A DNA stretch of 63,737 nt, counting the filler, from Rhabdomonas costata (Eukaryota), in the NCBI GenBank assembly GCA_019059605.1. It is 40 parts of 40 records of this genome, joined end to end, with 100 filler letters (N's around TTAATTAATTAA, not from the genome) between each part and the next. Parts side by side here need not be neighbours in the genome. Positions count along the whole stretch, not along the records: positions 23,955 to 25,450 come from JAHMHO010014507.1; positions 25,551 to 27,046 come from JAHMHO010014508.1; positions 27,147 to 28,641 come from JAHMHO010014509.1; positions 28,742 to 30,237 come from JAHMHO010014510.1; positions 30,338 to 31,832 come from JAHMHO010014511.1; positions 31,933 to 33,427 come from JAHMHO010014512.1; positions 33,528 to 35,022 come from JAHMHO010014513.1; positions 35,123 to 36,617 come from JAHMHO010014514.1; 32 more parts are not named here. One strand, 5' to 3'. The notes under the pieces were generated by a model. That model saw only the letters and a list, made by a program, of their open reading frames with translations. It was not told the DNA's origin and did not search any database. Made by a program: the position numbers and the translations under genes. Positions 24,685-37,682 of the stretch are shown here, in pieces (within the stretch, counting starts at the first letter, position 1; each line of letters opens with the position of its first letter).

Positions 24685-25894
24685 CTGATGCACACAGCAG
24701 ACCCACACCTCGAAATCCGAAGGCCACCCTGCTCCGTAATTACGCGGCTCTCGAAAGATTTCCGAAAAAAGCGAGGGTACAAATGAGGCGGGAAACGACC
24801 CGATGAGAACACAGAAAAATGGGTGCAATGGCTGCCGTGTAGCATTTCAAGCCCGGGGAATTGAGGGGAATTGGGGAACCATTGGATACAGAATCGGAGC
24901 TCGCGGAGGAGGATAAGTGGCCTCGGCAAAGCAATCAGTCAAAAACGAGTCTGTACAATTCCGTTAAAAGACGCCTGCAGTTTAACAATTGAAAAGAACC
25001 TTATACAACTCAAGGCTCAAAACACCATCCCGCTCTTTCTTTTTCCAAGCCATTGCTCCGTAGGGATCTGGACGAAACGTGGGGGCCAAGCGAAACTCGT
25101 TTACCACTCAGCGAAACTCATTCATCACAAACCAAAGGCAGACCTGGGCCGCACAAGCTTGCTCCCCAGCAGGCGAGAAGCTCCGCTAAAAATGGCCCGC
25201 CGCATCGTTGCGAAGCAAGGAGCAAAGCAAAAAGAAGGAAAGCTGAATGTCACCCGAAATTCCTTCAAAGACATAGTCATCGCATCTTTCCCGGACTGTC
25301 AAAATTTGCCAGTGCTCAACACCCCATCTACTAATCCCCTTCGTACTCTGGTTTCCGCGAACGTCAGATTCTGCGCACGCGACAGACCATGATGGTATGT
25401 CCTATTTAACGAGATTGACCAAATAGAGCCAAGTGACATGACCACAACACNNNNNNNNNNNNNNNNNNNNNNNNNNNNNNNNNNNNNNNNNNNNTTAATT
25501 AATTAANNNNNNNNNNNNNNNNNNNNNNNNNNNNNNNNNNNNNNNNNNNNTGTGGGGGGTGATCTTTTCTACCATAATCGGTCTTTAATGGGTTCAAAAA
25601 AATTTTCCTGACATATCACATTCTTGATTGTTTGGCAAAAAGTTGGCAAAGTGCAGTCTCGGGTGTGAAATGGACCGAAATCGAAGAAGGTAGCCAACAT
25701 ATGTCGTGATATCGTTTCGAGCTTTGGCTGCATTCACGTTTGAGTCTAGAATTGGGCAACATGGCTCCCGTTTGCTAGTTATCCAAATTAGAGTGTCCAA
25801 GGCGGTAATTTCCATCGATCGCTGATTTTCTCCTGGAGGGGTTTTCGCCCGAAACTCATCCTCTTCAACCCTAAACCCTTTCCCACTGGCACAG

Positions 25895-26050
25895 GAGAGC
25901 TTCGCGTACCAGTGGAGCCTTCTGGGCAGCGCCGCGGTGGAGGCCTTGGACCTCAACAACCCCGCGGTGGCCCCCATGGGGGCGACCTCACCAACGCTGA
26001 AGGTGAACGCTGGCCTTCTCCCCCCGGGCGTGACCACAGTCCACCTGGAT
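25895..26050 (+). CDS. Exon of a REJ/PKD-like Ig-fold surface protein
   Basis: AG/GT-bounded 52-codon exon ESFAYQWSLLG...SPTLKVNAGLLPPGVTTVHLD with the Y.WS...L......L.PG pattern. Confidence 0.55.
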
Positions 26051-27242
26051 GTATGCCTCTTGCCTTTGTGCACCTACCTCCGCCTTGGGCTTTATTGGAT
26101 CTGCCTTGAGCTTCGCTATCTCGAAGCTGTGGCAGCGTCCATTTGCTGTGCCCCCCGCGAAAGGCGACATAATGATAATGATGCTTTTCTCATGCAGTGC
26201 GCAACTTCGAAGGGGGTTTCCGGAGCTTTTCAGTCCTTTTCGGAGATCAAAGTGACTTTTTTGAGCATTATTCAGTCTCCGTGACCAGTATTTGGTTTCA
26301 ATAATCGTTTCAGCTGTAATTCTCACTTATAACATGACCCGCGTCATATGCTGAAATGATGTCACCGTTCATGGCCCAAACGTTGTTTTGAGCTTGATGC
26401 ACCACTATGGTTTGTTCGCGTGTCTGTGAGCAAAGGCATCCTCACAGTACATGGGGAAGTGGTTTCCGACTTCCCCCTTTGCAAGGGAGCTTGCACATGG
26501 AGTGGTTGGGGGGGGGGTGCACCGATGAGTTGGCAAGTTTGGGGGCTCTTGAGAGCTGTATGTCCGAGAGCTCGCTTTCGGGCGCCCCCCAGCGTTGGCT
26601 CCTTGAGTGCACCTCCCTCATCCCCGGGATTCTCTCTAGAAAGCAGGCCACACGCTATGGGAATGGCCCTTGCTAAACTTGCTACATTCTCGTGAAGACC
26701 CCTCTACGGTGGTTTGTTTTTCACCCGAAGGTTCACTGTCACAGCTGCGATTTGTTCCTTCATCAACTCCCATTTGCGGGAAAGGAGAGGGGGTACAGAC
26801 ACCATGCAAGATGATACCTTGTTCGATATGACTCTCGGCCCTCACTTATTACCTAAGAAAATGAGGCGCTCGTTTAAGCACTGACAAAGTGAATCGCTCT
26901 CTCAACAACACATGTGTCACTAGCCCTTGGAAAGTGGCATCAATGACCCACGCCAAAGCTCCGATCGCTGACAACCCAATGTGCACAAACCTACTTAGAT
27001 CCAAAACCCACCCGTAACCAGGGAATGCGGAAACACAACAAACCACNNNNNNNNNNNNNNNNNNNNNNNNNNNNNNNNNNNNNNNNNNNNTTAATTAATT
27101 AANNNNNNNNNNNNNNNNNNNNNNNNNNNNNNNNNNNNNNNNNNNNACGGGTGCGCGCGCTCCCTCTCTCTTTCTGTCTTTTGTCTCGCGCAGCATCGGC
27201 GGCGCGAGACAAAAGACAGAAAGAGAGAGGGAGCGCCGCCAG

Positions 27243-27970
27243 GGTCGAGGCACCCTGACCTACCCCAACGGGGACGTGCTGCAAGGGCTGTGGGTCGACG
27301 GCAAGCGCCACGGCGAAGCCACTCTGACCTACGCCTCAGGGCGGCAATACTCAGGCACCCCCTCACCCCCCGCGACAGACAGTCCTTACGCAGCACTTCA
27401 AATTCGCTCTAATACATTCATATACTCACGAGCATGCACCGAAGTACAAGCGATGGCCAATCCCCACAAAGCAATGGGTCTTGTAAATATGGGAGGGGGA
27501 ATATGGGGGGCAACTACCTGGAAGTGTAGCAAGGAAAGACCATGGGTACATTTCGTAGCCAGAGGGACATAGCAAAGCTACTGGGGCGGGGTGGTGACTG
27601 CCAGTGGTAGCTGCATTTGCAGATGATATCCAGGTGATCACAAAGCGACGAAAGTGGGAGAGAAACCTTTGAGAATCTTGGGACGCTGCGTGGCCCTCTG
27701 CCTCCCAGCATCTAGATGACAAAGCAGCTCGGTTTCCGGACATTGACAAGTCCAGATGGGAAAAAAGAAGGGGTGCGATTCTGTTAAGTCCGGTGCCCTT
27801 GCCCCTTTCTCTGTGGATGCCTTCTTCCAGGCACGCAGCTGCTGCGGCCTCGATGTCTCCCAATCTTCTCAGCACTGTTTCGCCCCACGTCCCAAACAGC
27901 TGCGTTTACACATCCACAGCGGAGTTCAAGAACGACGTGCTTGTGGATGGCACCCTTAAGTTTGTGTGCG
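27243..27970 (+). CDS. MORN-repeat protein; exons about 27243-27354 and 27920-~27970
   Basis: GRGTLTYPNGDVLQGLWVDGKRHGEATLTYASGRQYS|AEFKNDVLVDGTLKF; phase-1 GC-AG intron 27355-27919. Confidence 0.85.
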
Positions 27971-28190
27971 AGGTCCCCCGGGATACCGAGACCCCAGGTA
28001 CCTTTCCTATTTGGACCGGGAGGTGTTGTACGGGGTGTGGACTGTACCTCCCCGATTTGATCATTGCAAACAATATCGCGGTGGACTCCCAGAACCAGGG
28101 GACCCATCTGTCATCCATCTGTTTGGATTTCATGGCTTTCCAGTGTTTGGCTGCTGATGGCTGCACCTTATATTGACAGATGTCTGTTTT

Positions 28191-28454
28191 CTATCGCGGT
28201 GGACACTTTTATTTGGCGAGCTCAAAAGTCTGGGTCGACGCATATGAAATTCCTTCTCGGCCTTTGCCAGCGCGTAAACCACATTCTGGACATGGTTTTC
28301 ACGACCTTGCGCGCCAGAGAGCTTGCGTATTGTCGTTTCTGGCGAGTGCTCCTGCCCACACTATTCCTATTCTATTCTATGCCCACACTATTCCTATTCT
28401 ATTCTATGCCCACACTTTTCCTATTCTAGTTTACATTGGTGTCCACCGCGATAG
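28191..28454. mobile_element. MITE with TIR TATCGCGGTGGACAC and an internal 27-bp tandem repeat (about 3 copies, 28354-28428)
   Basis: CTATCGCGGTGGACAC (28191) and GTGTCCACCGCGATAG (28439-28454) form a perfect 16-bp inverted repeat; same terminus as the element at 45162. Confidence 0.75.
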
Positions 28455-28858
28455 TTTCTATGTGCCAGGGCTTGTTGCAGAAGTTGGCAAGGGATGTATG
28501 GCAAGCATGCCTGGCTACTGTCGAGCTAAAATTCCTTGGGCTTGGATGAGCTCCAGCCATGTCTAGCAACAGCATAACCGCAGTAACTACTTTTGAGGAA
28601 CATCAATGCTTCAGATCTCAATTCCGAAAGAAAAACCACACNNNNNNNNNNNNNNNNNNNNNNNNNNNNNNNNNNNNNNNNNNNNTTAATTAATTAANNN
28701 NNNNNNNNNNNNNNNNNNNNNNNNNNNNNNNNNNNNNNNNNTGTGGTTGTGAGTGGGAACAAACAAAACCTGTGCTACTCTTCCGCTTCTGCGAAAGTCC
28801 AGTAATACAAAGTAGTTTATAGTCTTCATCCAGCGGTAGCAGTTACTGGGATACTCAG

Positions 28859-29044
28859 GAGCTCCTCGAGACCCACGTGCCCTTTTCTCATATGTCGGCG
28901 CAGGTCGAAGAGTGGAGGGTCAACCACTACCGGCACTTGCTGGTGTCGAATTCTTGCTCCACGACCTCTGGTGCGGGGCCCCGGTTCAAGGTGACCTACC
29001 ATCCCGGAGCTTCGCCTGAGAAGGTGTTTGCGCACAACTCTGAA
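28859..29044 (+). CDS. Probable exon of an unknown protein
   Basis: CTCAG|ELLETHVPFSHMSAQVEEWRVNHYRHLLVS...PEKVFAHNSE|GT with coding-like codon use. Confidence 0.45.
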
Positions 29045-30337
29045 GTGGGATTACAACGGATGCACGTTTGCTATGGTTCCCTCCTCTCCGCCGGAAGGCT
29101 AGAAACCTCACGCCTCAGGTTTGTTCTAATTGGTGGAATGTTGGCAGACCGACGAGCAGGCCGAAGTTTTATATGAGGAGTATGGTGCCATCATTCTCGT
29201 GGGGAAAGGGAAGACCATTGCCGTGATAAAGTGTAACCTCCGCGTACGAGAGGTTGGCCTTCTATAAAGATGATGTGAAAAGAGGAAGGAAATGAAAATA
29301 GCTGAGCAAAAGAAGAAGATTGCAAAGAGCGCACAAATAACAATTTTGTGGGGGGTAGTTTTGTCTTTTCCTTTCCTTCCCTCTTTCTAAGGAAGTTCAG
29401 CGTGTACTCCCCGCGGTTGTGGATGCCAAGCTTGCGGCGTGGTTTTCAGAGCTCGCTGGTCCGTTGCCGACTTTTTCTGTTTCCCATTTGGGATGTGTGA
29501 CGGGGGCTGTGTGGCCCAAGGCAGAGCAGAGTGCGATGTGACCTTTTCATAATTCATCGGTTCTTCTGAGAAATTGAGGTCTATCGAGTCATTGCTGTGT
29601 TGGGCTGTAGAGCCTTTCGGACCGCACCGATGCGAATGTTAATATTCCCCCCCCCCCCAATATTCCTATCTGCTGGGGAGTGTTGTGATGTGCGAGGGCT
29701 GCGGCTGCAGGCGGCAGCACTGTCAACTGAGGCTGCATGTGTGGGTGTCTCTTTGTGTGTGGGCCGTGAGCACAGTGTACGGCTCCCCGATTCAGCGAGG
29801 TAACAATGACAGTACCCTTTCAAGGCAGTCATTGGGGAGTATCCCTGTTTGTCATATTGTTGCTAAGTTCTGGTTCCACCCAAGGGACCTGTGTTTGTGC
29901 TTGAGGTTGTCCAATTACCAACATCTTTCCTCTATCCTTTCCTCTATCACCCTGCGCTTTCAATTTTCTCCTCAGCCTCAATTCTGGAGTCCCCCGAGCT
30001 GGCCCGCCTCTTTCAGGCCCCGGCAAGGGGCTCTTCCCTTCCACCACAGCGCCCATCCGGCGCCGCCCTCCCACCCTTCACCGACCGCCGACTGCTGCTC
30101 TTTGTGACCTCACCGCTCCCCTCACCAACTCCACCTGCAACCCCCACTCGCAACCCTCTCCCCCCCACTCCCACCTCAATCTCTCCTGCAGCTGCAGGCG
30201 GCAACCCGGAGTCGCCGCATCCCTTACGGTGGGTGCCNNNNNNNNNNNNNNNNNNNNNNNNNNNNNNNNNNNNNNNNNNNNTTAATTAATTAANNNNNNN
30301 NNNNNNNNNNNNNNNNNNNNNNNNNNNNNNNNNNNNN

Positions 30338-31561
30338 GTTGGTTTGGTCCATGTAGAGGTTTGCGGGGTTATACTGGGTGGCCGCCACGTCCTCATGGTT
30401 CTCGCCCAGCTTCTGCCTGCGGATCCTCAGGGCATCTAAAAACAGTGATTCTGCTGCAGCATCGTTATCCAAGCGCCTCTTCAAGATCGCCAGGTTGTTT
30501 AGGCTGGTGCCCACATCGGGATGGTCCTCTCCGAGCCACATTCGTTGGATCTTCAAGGTCTCCTGAATTTGTGACTCAGCGAGGGTAAACTTGCCTTGCT
30601 CACCGTAGAGAACCGCAAGAGTGTTAAGACAGGCGGCAACTGCGGGATGGTCTCCACCAAGCTGTTTCTTCTGAATTCCTATGGCCTCCATAGAAATGGA
30701 CTCTGCGGTGGCATAATTGCCCAGGTGAAAGTGCAGCATGGCAAGATTGTTCAGAACAATTGCAAGGTCCGGGTGTTCCTCGCCAAGCTGCTTCTTCCGA
30801 ATCCTCAGTGACTCCTCATATAGCGGCATCGCTTTCGCGTATTTGTGTTGCTCCCTGTACAAGCTCGCGAGATTGTTAAGGCTGGCAGCCACATCTAGGT
30901 GATCGTCGCCAAGCTGCTCCTTTCGAATCCTCAAGGACTCCTCATACATCGGCTCCGCCTCGCGGTACTTCCCTTGGCACCGGTAAGAGTTTCCGAGATT
31001 GTGCATGGTGCTCGCAACGTGCAGATGATCAATGTCAAGACTTTTCCAGAGAATATTCAAGGCGCTCTCGTGCAGTTTCTCAGCTTCGGAGTACCAGCCA
31101 AGGTCAATGTACAGGTCTGCGATGTTGTTGAGGTGTACAGCAACATTCGGATGGTTGTCGCCACAATTTTTCCGCTCAATCCTCAAGGCCTCCTGGTACA
31201 GTGACAGCGCTTCTTTGTACTTGCCCTGGTCCCTGTAAAAGTGGGCGAAATGGCTCATACAAGTCGCCACTTTTGGGTGGTCACTGCCAAGCTGCTGCTT
31301 ATAGAAGGTCAAGGCCTCACCAAACAGTAAGCCATCGGTGAGCCACAGAGACCTGCACCAAGGATCTTTCGAGGAGGGGTCCCATGCCTCGGATACGGCC
31401 TTGGCGCAGAGGACGGGAACGACGTCGCGTTCAGTCCACTCCTTGGCTGCCAAAAGAACATAAATGAACATACACCGAGCACGAAGACATTTCGGAAACC
31501 GAGACTCCGCCCGCTGGGCGGAATAAGGAGCAACGGCTGGATTAGAAAGACCGGGATTCAC
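30338..31561 (-). CDS. TPR-repeat protein (42-aa kinesin-light-chain/nephrocystin-3-type TPRs), 3' truncated
   Basis: About 8 repeats of LG.DHP.VA..LNNLA.LY..QGKY.EA..LY.E.L.I; the true exon may start at an acceptor near 31446. Confidence 0.93.
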
Positions 31562-33105
31562 CTGAAGCCTTCGAGAGTTGCAAAGGCATGGGGTGCCCTC
31601 TGGTCTCTGTGCTTCTTGGTTCCCTATGTAACCTTGCCTCTTTGATTCAAAACAGCAACGAAAAGAGAATAGAAGCTATGTCGGCAGGATTCGTGTTTTT
31701 TGAGAGGCGGGTGGCTTGAAAAGCTAAGTCACACGCCAATGTGAGTCCGGCACAATTCTTCGGTACTGATACTTCTGATTGGAAGATACAAATGGACCAA
31801 AGGTTGCACTCCTGGAACGCCGCAAAAAACCCNNNNNNNNNNNNNNNNNNNNNNNNNNNNNNNNNNNNNNNNNNNNTTAATTAATTAANNNNNNNNNNNN
31901 NNNNNNNNNNNNNNNNNNNNNNNNNNNNNNNNGGGTTGTGGGGGACGCTGCTCTTTAGCGGCGAAGGTGACTGCCTGTCCAGGCCTCGAGCCCGTTTATT
32001 GGACTCAGCAGTGAGTGGAGGGGAAAGCGGACACAAACGCTGAAGCAATGCGCTGTTCATTTCATGATGCATCTTTTGATTCGAGTTTTGACATCCCTTG
32101 CATTCACACATTTCCCTGCAACACCCACTAAACAGGGCGACATTCTTTACCAGCGGTCTCTCTCATTCAATCAGTGGGCTCCGTTCGGCGCCGTGGAAAG
32201 GAGCAACGAACAAAGACTGGTGGATTATTGGCGAGTGTTAGTGCTCTTTGCACATCCTGTACATCACAGCAGTTGGGCAGAAAGGAGGTTACCGCATGTG
32301 GATTGCACAGCGGTTTACCGTTATCCCACGGCTTTGCATCCGTGGGCAACACTGCGAGCGCCCGTCAGTCACGAGCAGGCGACCAACACACACCGGCGGG
32401 ACAGGAGCAGAATCGGAAGCACAGAAGGCATGGGAACAGATTGCCAGATAATTGTGTTTCGCATCAGCAGGTCAAGACACGGCAGCCCTCTGTTCTCTTA
32501 CTACCTGGCGTTGGTTTTTTCTCGCCAGTTGCACTTCCTTGCTGATTCTGCAGATACGCCCGTGTCTGCCGAGACTCCTTTTTCATTGTTTTGTTTCTGC
32601 AGACGTTCACCATGCAGGGCGCCGGAGCCTCTTCTGGAGAAAAGGGTACGTACCTCGTACCGACTTTCCCGCCCGCACTGGCTTTCTCGCCTGACTTACT
32701 CCCTCTCCCCCTGTACATCTTGCGCACTTGTTGCTTGTGGCAAGAACATGATGGTTTTTGAGGTTTCCAGTCGTTAGGTAATCGATTTCGAATTTCCGAT
32801 GCTTCACTTCGTCTGGCTGCCGCTGTATGAATGCACCTTTTTGCCGCAAGGCCTTGATCACCCATCTTATCAAACCCATCGCTCTCACCGCTTTGCATCG
32901 TGGACACCGAGTGCGCCGTTTTGGGTTACTGATGGGTTACTTCCGGCCGACTTCCGCGCTTGGTTGCCTGTCTGCCTCTTTCTTTCTTTGGTGCAGCGCT
33001 GTTCTGTGTGGATGACCCTTGAAGCTGGACATTTCATGAGTGTACCTCAGAAACTGCACGTTTGGTGCATGTCTCAGCAACGCGGTGCTTTTGTGGTGTT
33101 CTCAG

Positions 33106-33427
33106 GTATCATCCAGATGGCTGTGCAGCAGATCCTCCGTGCCTCCACTGCCCCCACTGCGCGCTCCTCCAGCCCGTCGCTCAGCTCGGCCACCCTCCCC
33201 TCTGGCCTACGGTGGACCCACCGCCTCTCGGGCAGTGCGGTGGAGATCTATAATGAGCGGGTATATGACCTGCTGCTCGTGGCCCCTCGGCCAGGCCGGC
33301 GCTCCTCGATGGGCGGGGATGGGGGCAGTGGCAGTGGCACGGATTGGGCTCCCCCGGCGGCGGCGATGCAGCTGGCTATCCGACAGGATAGCTCGGGCCA
33401 CGTCGGGCTGCCGTCAGCCACCACAAC
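33106..33427 (+). CDS. Kinesin motor-domain exon
   Basis: CTCAG|GIIQMAVQQI...SAVEIYNERVYDLL...LAIRQDSSGHV. Confidence 0.9.
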
Positions 33428-33719
33428 NNNNNNNNNNNNNNNNNNNNNNNNNNNNNNNNNNNNNNNNNNNNTTAATTAATTAANNNNNNNNNNNNNNNNN
33501 NNNNNNNNNNNNNNNNNNNNNNNNNNNGAGAGCCCGTCAGTCCACTGGCTCAACACTGTGACAGCTTACACGGTTGACTTTACATTCTTACTCCATTGTT
33601 AATTTGATTCGCAGCATTATTTGTGAGTCCATTCACGATGGAGATTACAGCAGACATATGTAAAAAAAAAAATAGGCGAGTGGCAAAAACGGGAGGAGGA
33701 AGAAAGTCTAAGGGCACAC

Positions 33720-34489
33720 CGACGACAGCAACGCACAGCGAGCAGAGGAAGAAGGCCGCCCTCCACCCGAAATGGCCCATAAGAAAGGCAATCATGAAGT
33801 TCCCAATCACCCCGCCAGCCTGCAACACACAGTAAGTGGCAGGAGAGACATGCACTAACGCTGTCCTGATCTGCCTCTCGGGACATTGCCCCCAGGCACT
33901 TGGAACTTTATTCCCAATAACCAACTCTAACTCTTACTGAACCAGACAGAGTTATCTGCAACGTCTCCAAGGACCAAAGTGCGCTGCCGTGGAGGCCGCA
34001 GGATGTGGCAGGTGGGTATTGTGCGGAAATTGATCAGCACCCCTGGATAGCGACTATTCAACTAGATAATGGGTTAACAAGACTGTCACAGGATGCGCTT
34101 CCCGCCTGGACCTCGCATGGAGAAACCTTCAAAAAGTTCTCAACAACACGAAAGCACAGAATACGCCCAGAATATATAACATGGAAAATATTACATGTCG
34201 ATTACATAACCACCAAAATGGCAGACGCTGTCAGAAGACACTTTTCCCGGTAAGCAAATACTGCAAATTCAAAACAAAACGAAATCGTTGTCGCATTCAG
34301 CATGACACCCTGCGCAAAAAAGAAGGGAACGGAGCCTCGGAAGCTCACAGAAGAGCGTGTCTCTTCCTCTGCTGCAGCACTTTTTCTCACAAACGTGCAC
34401 ACCGACTGGTTGGAGCTCCAGATACCCATAACCCACCCGCGCTCGCCGCTGCCGACCCAAGGGGAGATGGCCTTAATGCAGCTGGGCCA
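33720..34489 (-). CDS. MFS sugar-phosphate antiporter (SLC37/GlpT-like); exons 34489-34403 and 33819-33720
   Basis: WPSCIKAISPWVGSGERGWVMGIWSSNQS|AGGVIGNFMIAFLMGHFGWRAAF; phase-0 GT-AG intron; both donors are GTGTGC. Confidence 0.85.
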
Positions 34490-35399
34490 CTATTGAATGA
34501 ACACACACACACACAAGAGAGAGAGAGCGAGAGAGAGACCTTTCATCCTCCAGGTGAAAATTTTTCGCGTTGTGCAATCGCAAATGCAAAGCGAAGTGGT
34601 TGGGCTCCAAAAAAGCGCCAGGAAAGCATTCTGATCAAAACGATGCCAAAAGCAAAGATGTATTGAAAAGTTCTCGCTGACCGGAAACGAGCCGTTCTCA
34701 AGCCACCCAGATGCATTCCCCATATCTGTTCCGTCCCTGCAAAGCCATGCTCGTCGAAAAGAAATCCGCCTCCTCCACTTCGAGCAGCGTGAGTGGAAAC
34801 AAAAGAGAGGGGAGGGCGGCACTGTCAATACATAAAAGAAAAATCGCAAATCGCCTCAGCTATACAAATGGTTGCAGAAGGGGGGTGGGAGTGCACGCTC
34901 GCCCCAGCTAATTGCATACCCCCCCCCCCTTAAAAAAACACTCACTCACTCACTCAAACAGGAAGGGAAGCAAGAGAAACTACCCCCAGGGACTGCACCA
35001 GGCCATTCACCCCACACCACAANNNNNNNNNNNNNNNNNNNNNNNNNNNNNNNNNNNNNNNNNNNNTTAATTAATTAANNNNNNNNNNNNNNNNNNNNNN
35101 NNNNNNNNNNNNNNNNNNNNNNGGTTGGTTGTTGGTTACCGCCATCACCTGATTGATCTCATTGTGGTGTCTGGTGGTCGTCATCGTGGTGTTCGAAAGA
35201 CCATTAAAGATGCCCTGCGCAGTAGTTAGATATTGTGGTTTTCGTCAGTGCTTCAGGGCGCTAGTGATAATGTGTTACTGGTGACCTCTTAAACATGGAG
35301 TGGGTAGCAGAGCTTGATGGTGCCACTTGTAAGAGTTGAATGTTGGCCTGTTTGGCACTGGCTGAGTTATGCCAGTGCTAACTAACAAGATGACAAGTG

Positions 35400-36420
35400 A
35401 TAAAGTTGGGCTTGCATGCTGGTAGTCCTTGGGTGTGGTGGGTGCAGTAGAGGTGTGTGTGGTAGTAGTTGCTTTTTTGGTGGAAGGATTTTGGTAACTA
35501 GAGGGTGACGCGGTTTTGAAAAAGGCGAGGTTCTGGAATCCAACCTAACAGAAACCTTTCGTGAAAAATAACAATACAAGAACAAGACAATCTATCACGA
35601 CTCTCCAACAGACGCGCGGTCATAACCAGTTAGACAAGTTGTTCTACTGCTGCTTGGAGCTACCTCATCAGAACCAGTCGGATGCGACTCGTTTAACACG
35701 CGCAATGATGGAGGCTCGTGACTCTTCATGATCCTCTGTATTGCCATTCAGATGAGACATTGGAGGTGGTTTCGTAGTTCTCCGACTTGTACTGCTCGAC
35801 GTTCTCACAGTAAGCAACCTGGTCTGAACCCGTGGGGCCAAGCGTCCCTTGGGTCTTGGAGCTCCGATGTTACCTGGGAGTCTGGCTAGGGGGTGATCAG
35901 AGGAGTCTCCAGTTGTCAATCTAAAGAAATGTTTCAAATGGGCGTTGCAATGGATCGCAAAAATGTCGATAGTAGTGTGTTAACTGAGAAGCTCACACTA
36001 GAAGCTCAAAACATCTCTCGCTAGCATGACCTCTTTGTTGGTGTAGACGTAATTTGAAGGAAGTTAAACGAAATGTTCAGTCGGTGCTTCTGCTGATGTT
36101 CCTGGTGAGCATTACGGTAGCTGTTGTCTCTGGAACAGAAGGCAACGTTTATCACGCTTGATTTCTGAGAACAAGAGCTTAATATTGTGAGTCTTTGTCC
36201 GCTTTTCTGTCTGCCTCTGAGAATTCTGGCTGCACCACAACAAAGCCAGACTCAGAGAGTTGCTCGTGGAGTTCCGGGTGTTGTTACTCAGTGACGAAGT
36301 CCTCGAGGTCATTCGCATCTACGCCTACAGGTGGCTTTTGATTTCCCACGCTTGTGGAGCCTGCAGTGGCCTGATCTTTGCTCTGGCGTGGTGAGTGTGT
36401 TCCCTCTGTAGAGGTAGGCG
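35400..36420 (-). mobile_element. Decayed Ty1/Copia integrase-region relic
   Basis: PPMSHLNGNTED (resembles P.TPQ.NG.AER) followed by RKVSVRLDSR (resembles R.KLD.R); disrupted. Confidence 0.45.
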
Positions 36421-37478
36421 TGGTGTGTGCTTCTGGATCTTGAGAGCGTGTGTGCAGGATGGCTGCTCATCTTCTGGTTGAATTTTATCCTAATATAATG
36501 TGGTAATGCCAATAAGCTGCTTGGGCATTACCACATTATATTAGGATAAAATTCAACCAGAAGATGAGCAGCCATCCTGCACACACGCTCTCAAGATCCA
36601 GAAGCACACAACACAACNNNNNNNNNNNNNNNNNNNNNNNNNNNNNNNNNNNNNNNNNNNNTTAATTAATTAANNNNNNNNNNNNNNNNNNNNNNNNNNN
36701 NNNNNNNNNNNNNNNNNAAAGGGTTTGCTTGACTTTGTTATGTGCTTTTTCCTTCTTTTGCCGGAAAAGAGAAGCCCCATGAATGCGATATCGGCTCCTT
36801 TTGGCTCCTAGTTACCTAGTTACCTAGTTATACACCTTTTTCGAGCAGGGAGTGGGCGTTAAAGGTGATAACACCGGTAAGCCTCTTTCACCGGGTTAAC
36901 GTATTTAACATGGTTTACCGTCGTCAGACGGTCTCTTACTATACTGGACGTATTGTTGTGGGGTAATTTTCCTCCATTTTTCTGGTGTGTTTGAGTCTGA
37001 CTTTGGTGACGGGCAATGAACGGTTTCCAGGAGATAGGACATAAAAGGGATAAAGGTATTGTATCAGTGCCGCCGCCGGGAGGGGAGCCCGCGGGAGAGG
37101 CCGGGTACGTTGCGTCTGCGGGAAGTGGAGGGACCATCATCGCTCTCCTTCACGTATGTGCGTGCGTTTCTTTTCTGTCCTTAAATCGCACACACATACG
37201 CAAACACGAACAAACAGACAGAACTGTCCCTGTCAAAGAAGAAAGTGTGCACCCCCAAAACGACACGAGGGAGGTTTTCTGGTTGCCAAATCTACCGCGC
37301 AGTTTTGAACGTCATCGTTTAACAGCGTTCAACCAAATAGCAATGGCAAACCGTTCACCGTTGTCATACGAATTCGTAAAACGGCGATTCACGGTTCAGC
37401 GTTGTTAAAGGGTTCAACGCCGTTTAAACCGTGCGCTGCGGTCCTCATGGATTTGATTTGTGCACTTGTTCCGGAAAG

Positions 37479-37682
37479 GTGTGGTACCAAGACGCTCTGC
37501 TCTCGACGGACAACGTCACCCCGGTGCCGATCTTCACCGAGATGATGCCCAGTGGGGCCGTTTGGACACCCTCGTTGGCGGCTCCGATCGTGGCGCCCGT
37601 GCGGCGGGGTACCGACGAGGCCCCCTTTGCGGTGGCGGCGATGTTCTTCGACGTGCAGCGGATCGAGATTATGCTGAAAGCG
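37479..37682 (+). CDS. Exon with a Cache-like sensor-domain pattern
   Basis: AG/GT-bounded 68 codons: VWYQDAL...SLAAPIVAPVRRGTDEAPFAVAAMFFDVQRIEIMLKA. Confidence 0.45.

Noticed and set aside
32040..32116. Minus-strand EMCECKGCQN resembling the end of a CRC/tesmin domain
   Set aside because: The rest of the domain was not found, and the region is probably intronic to the plus-strand kinesin
36424..36610. Near-perfect palindrome with arms of about 87 bp
   Set aside because: Extends exactly to the contig end with C/A primer-complement bases; amplification fold-back
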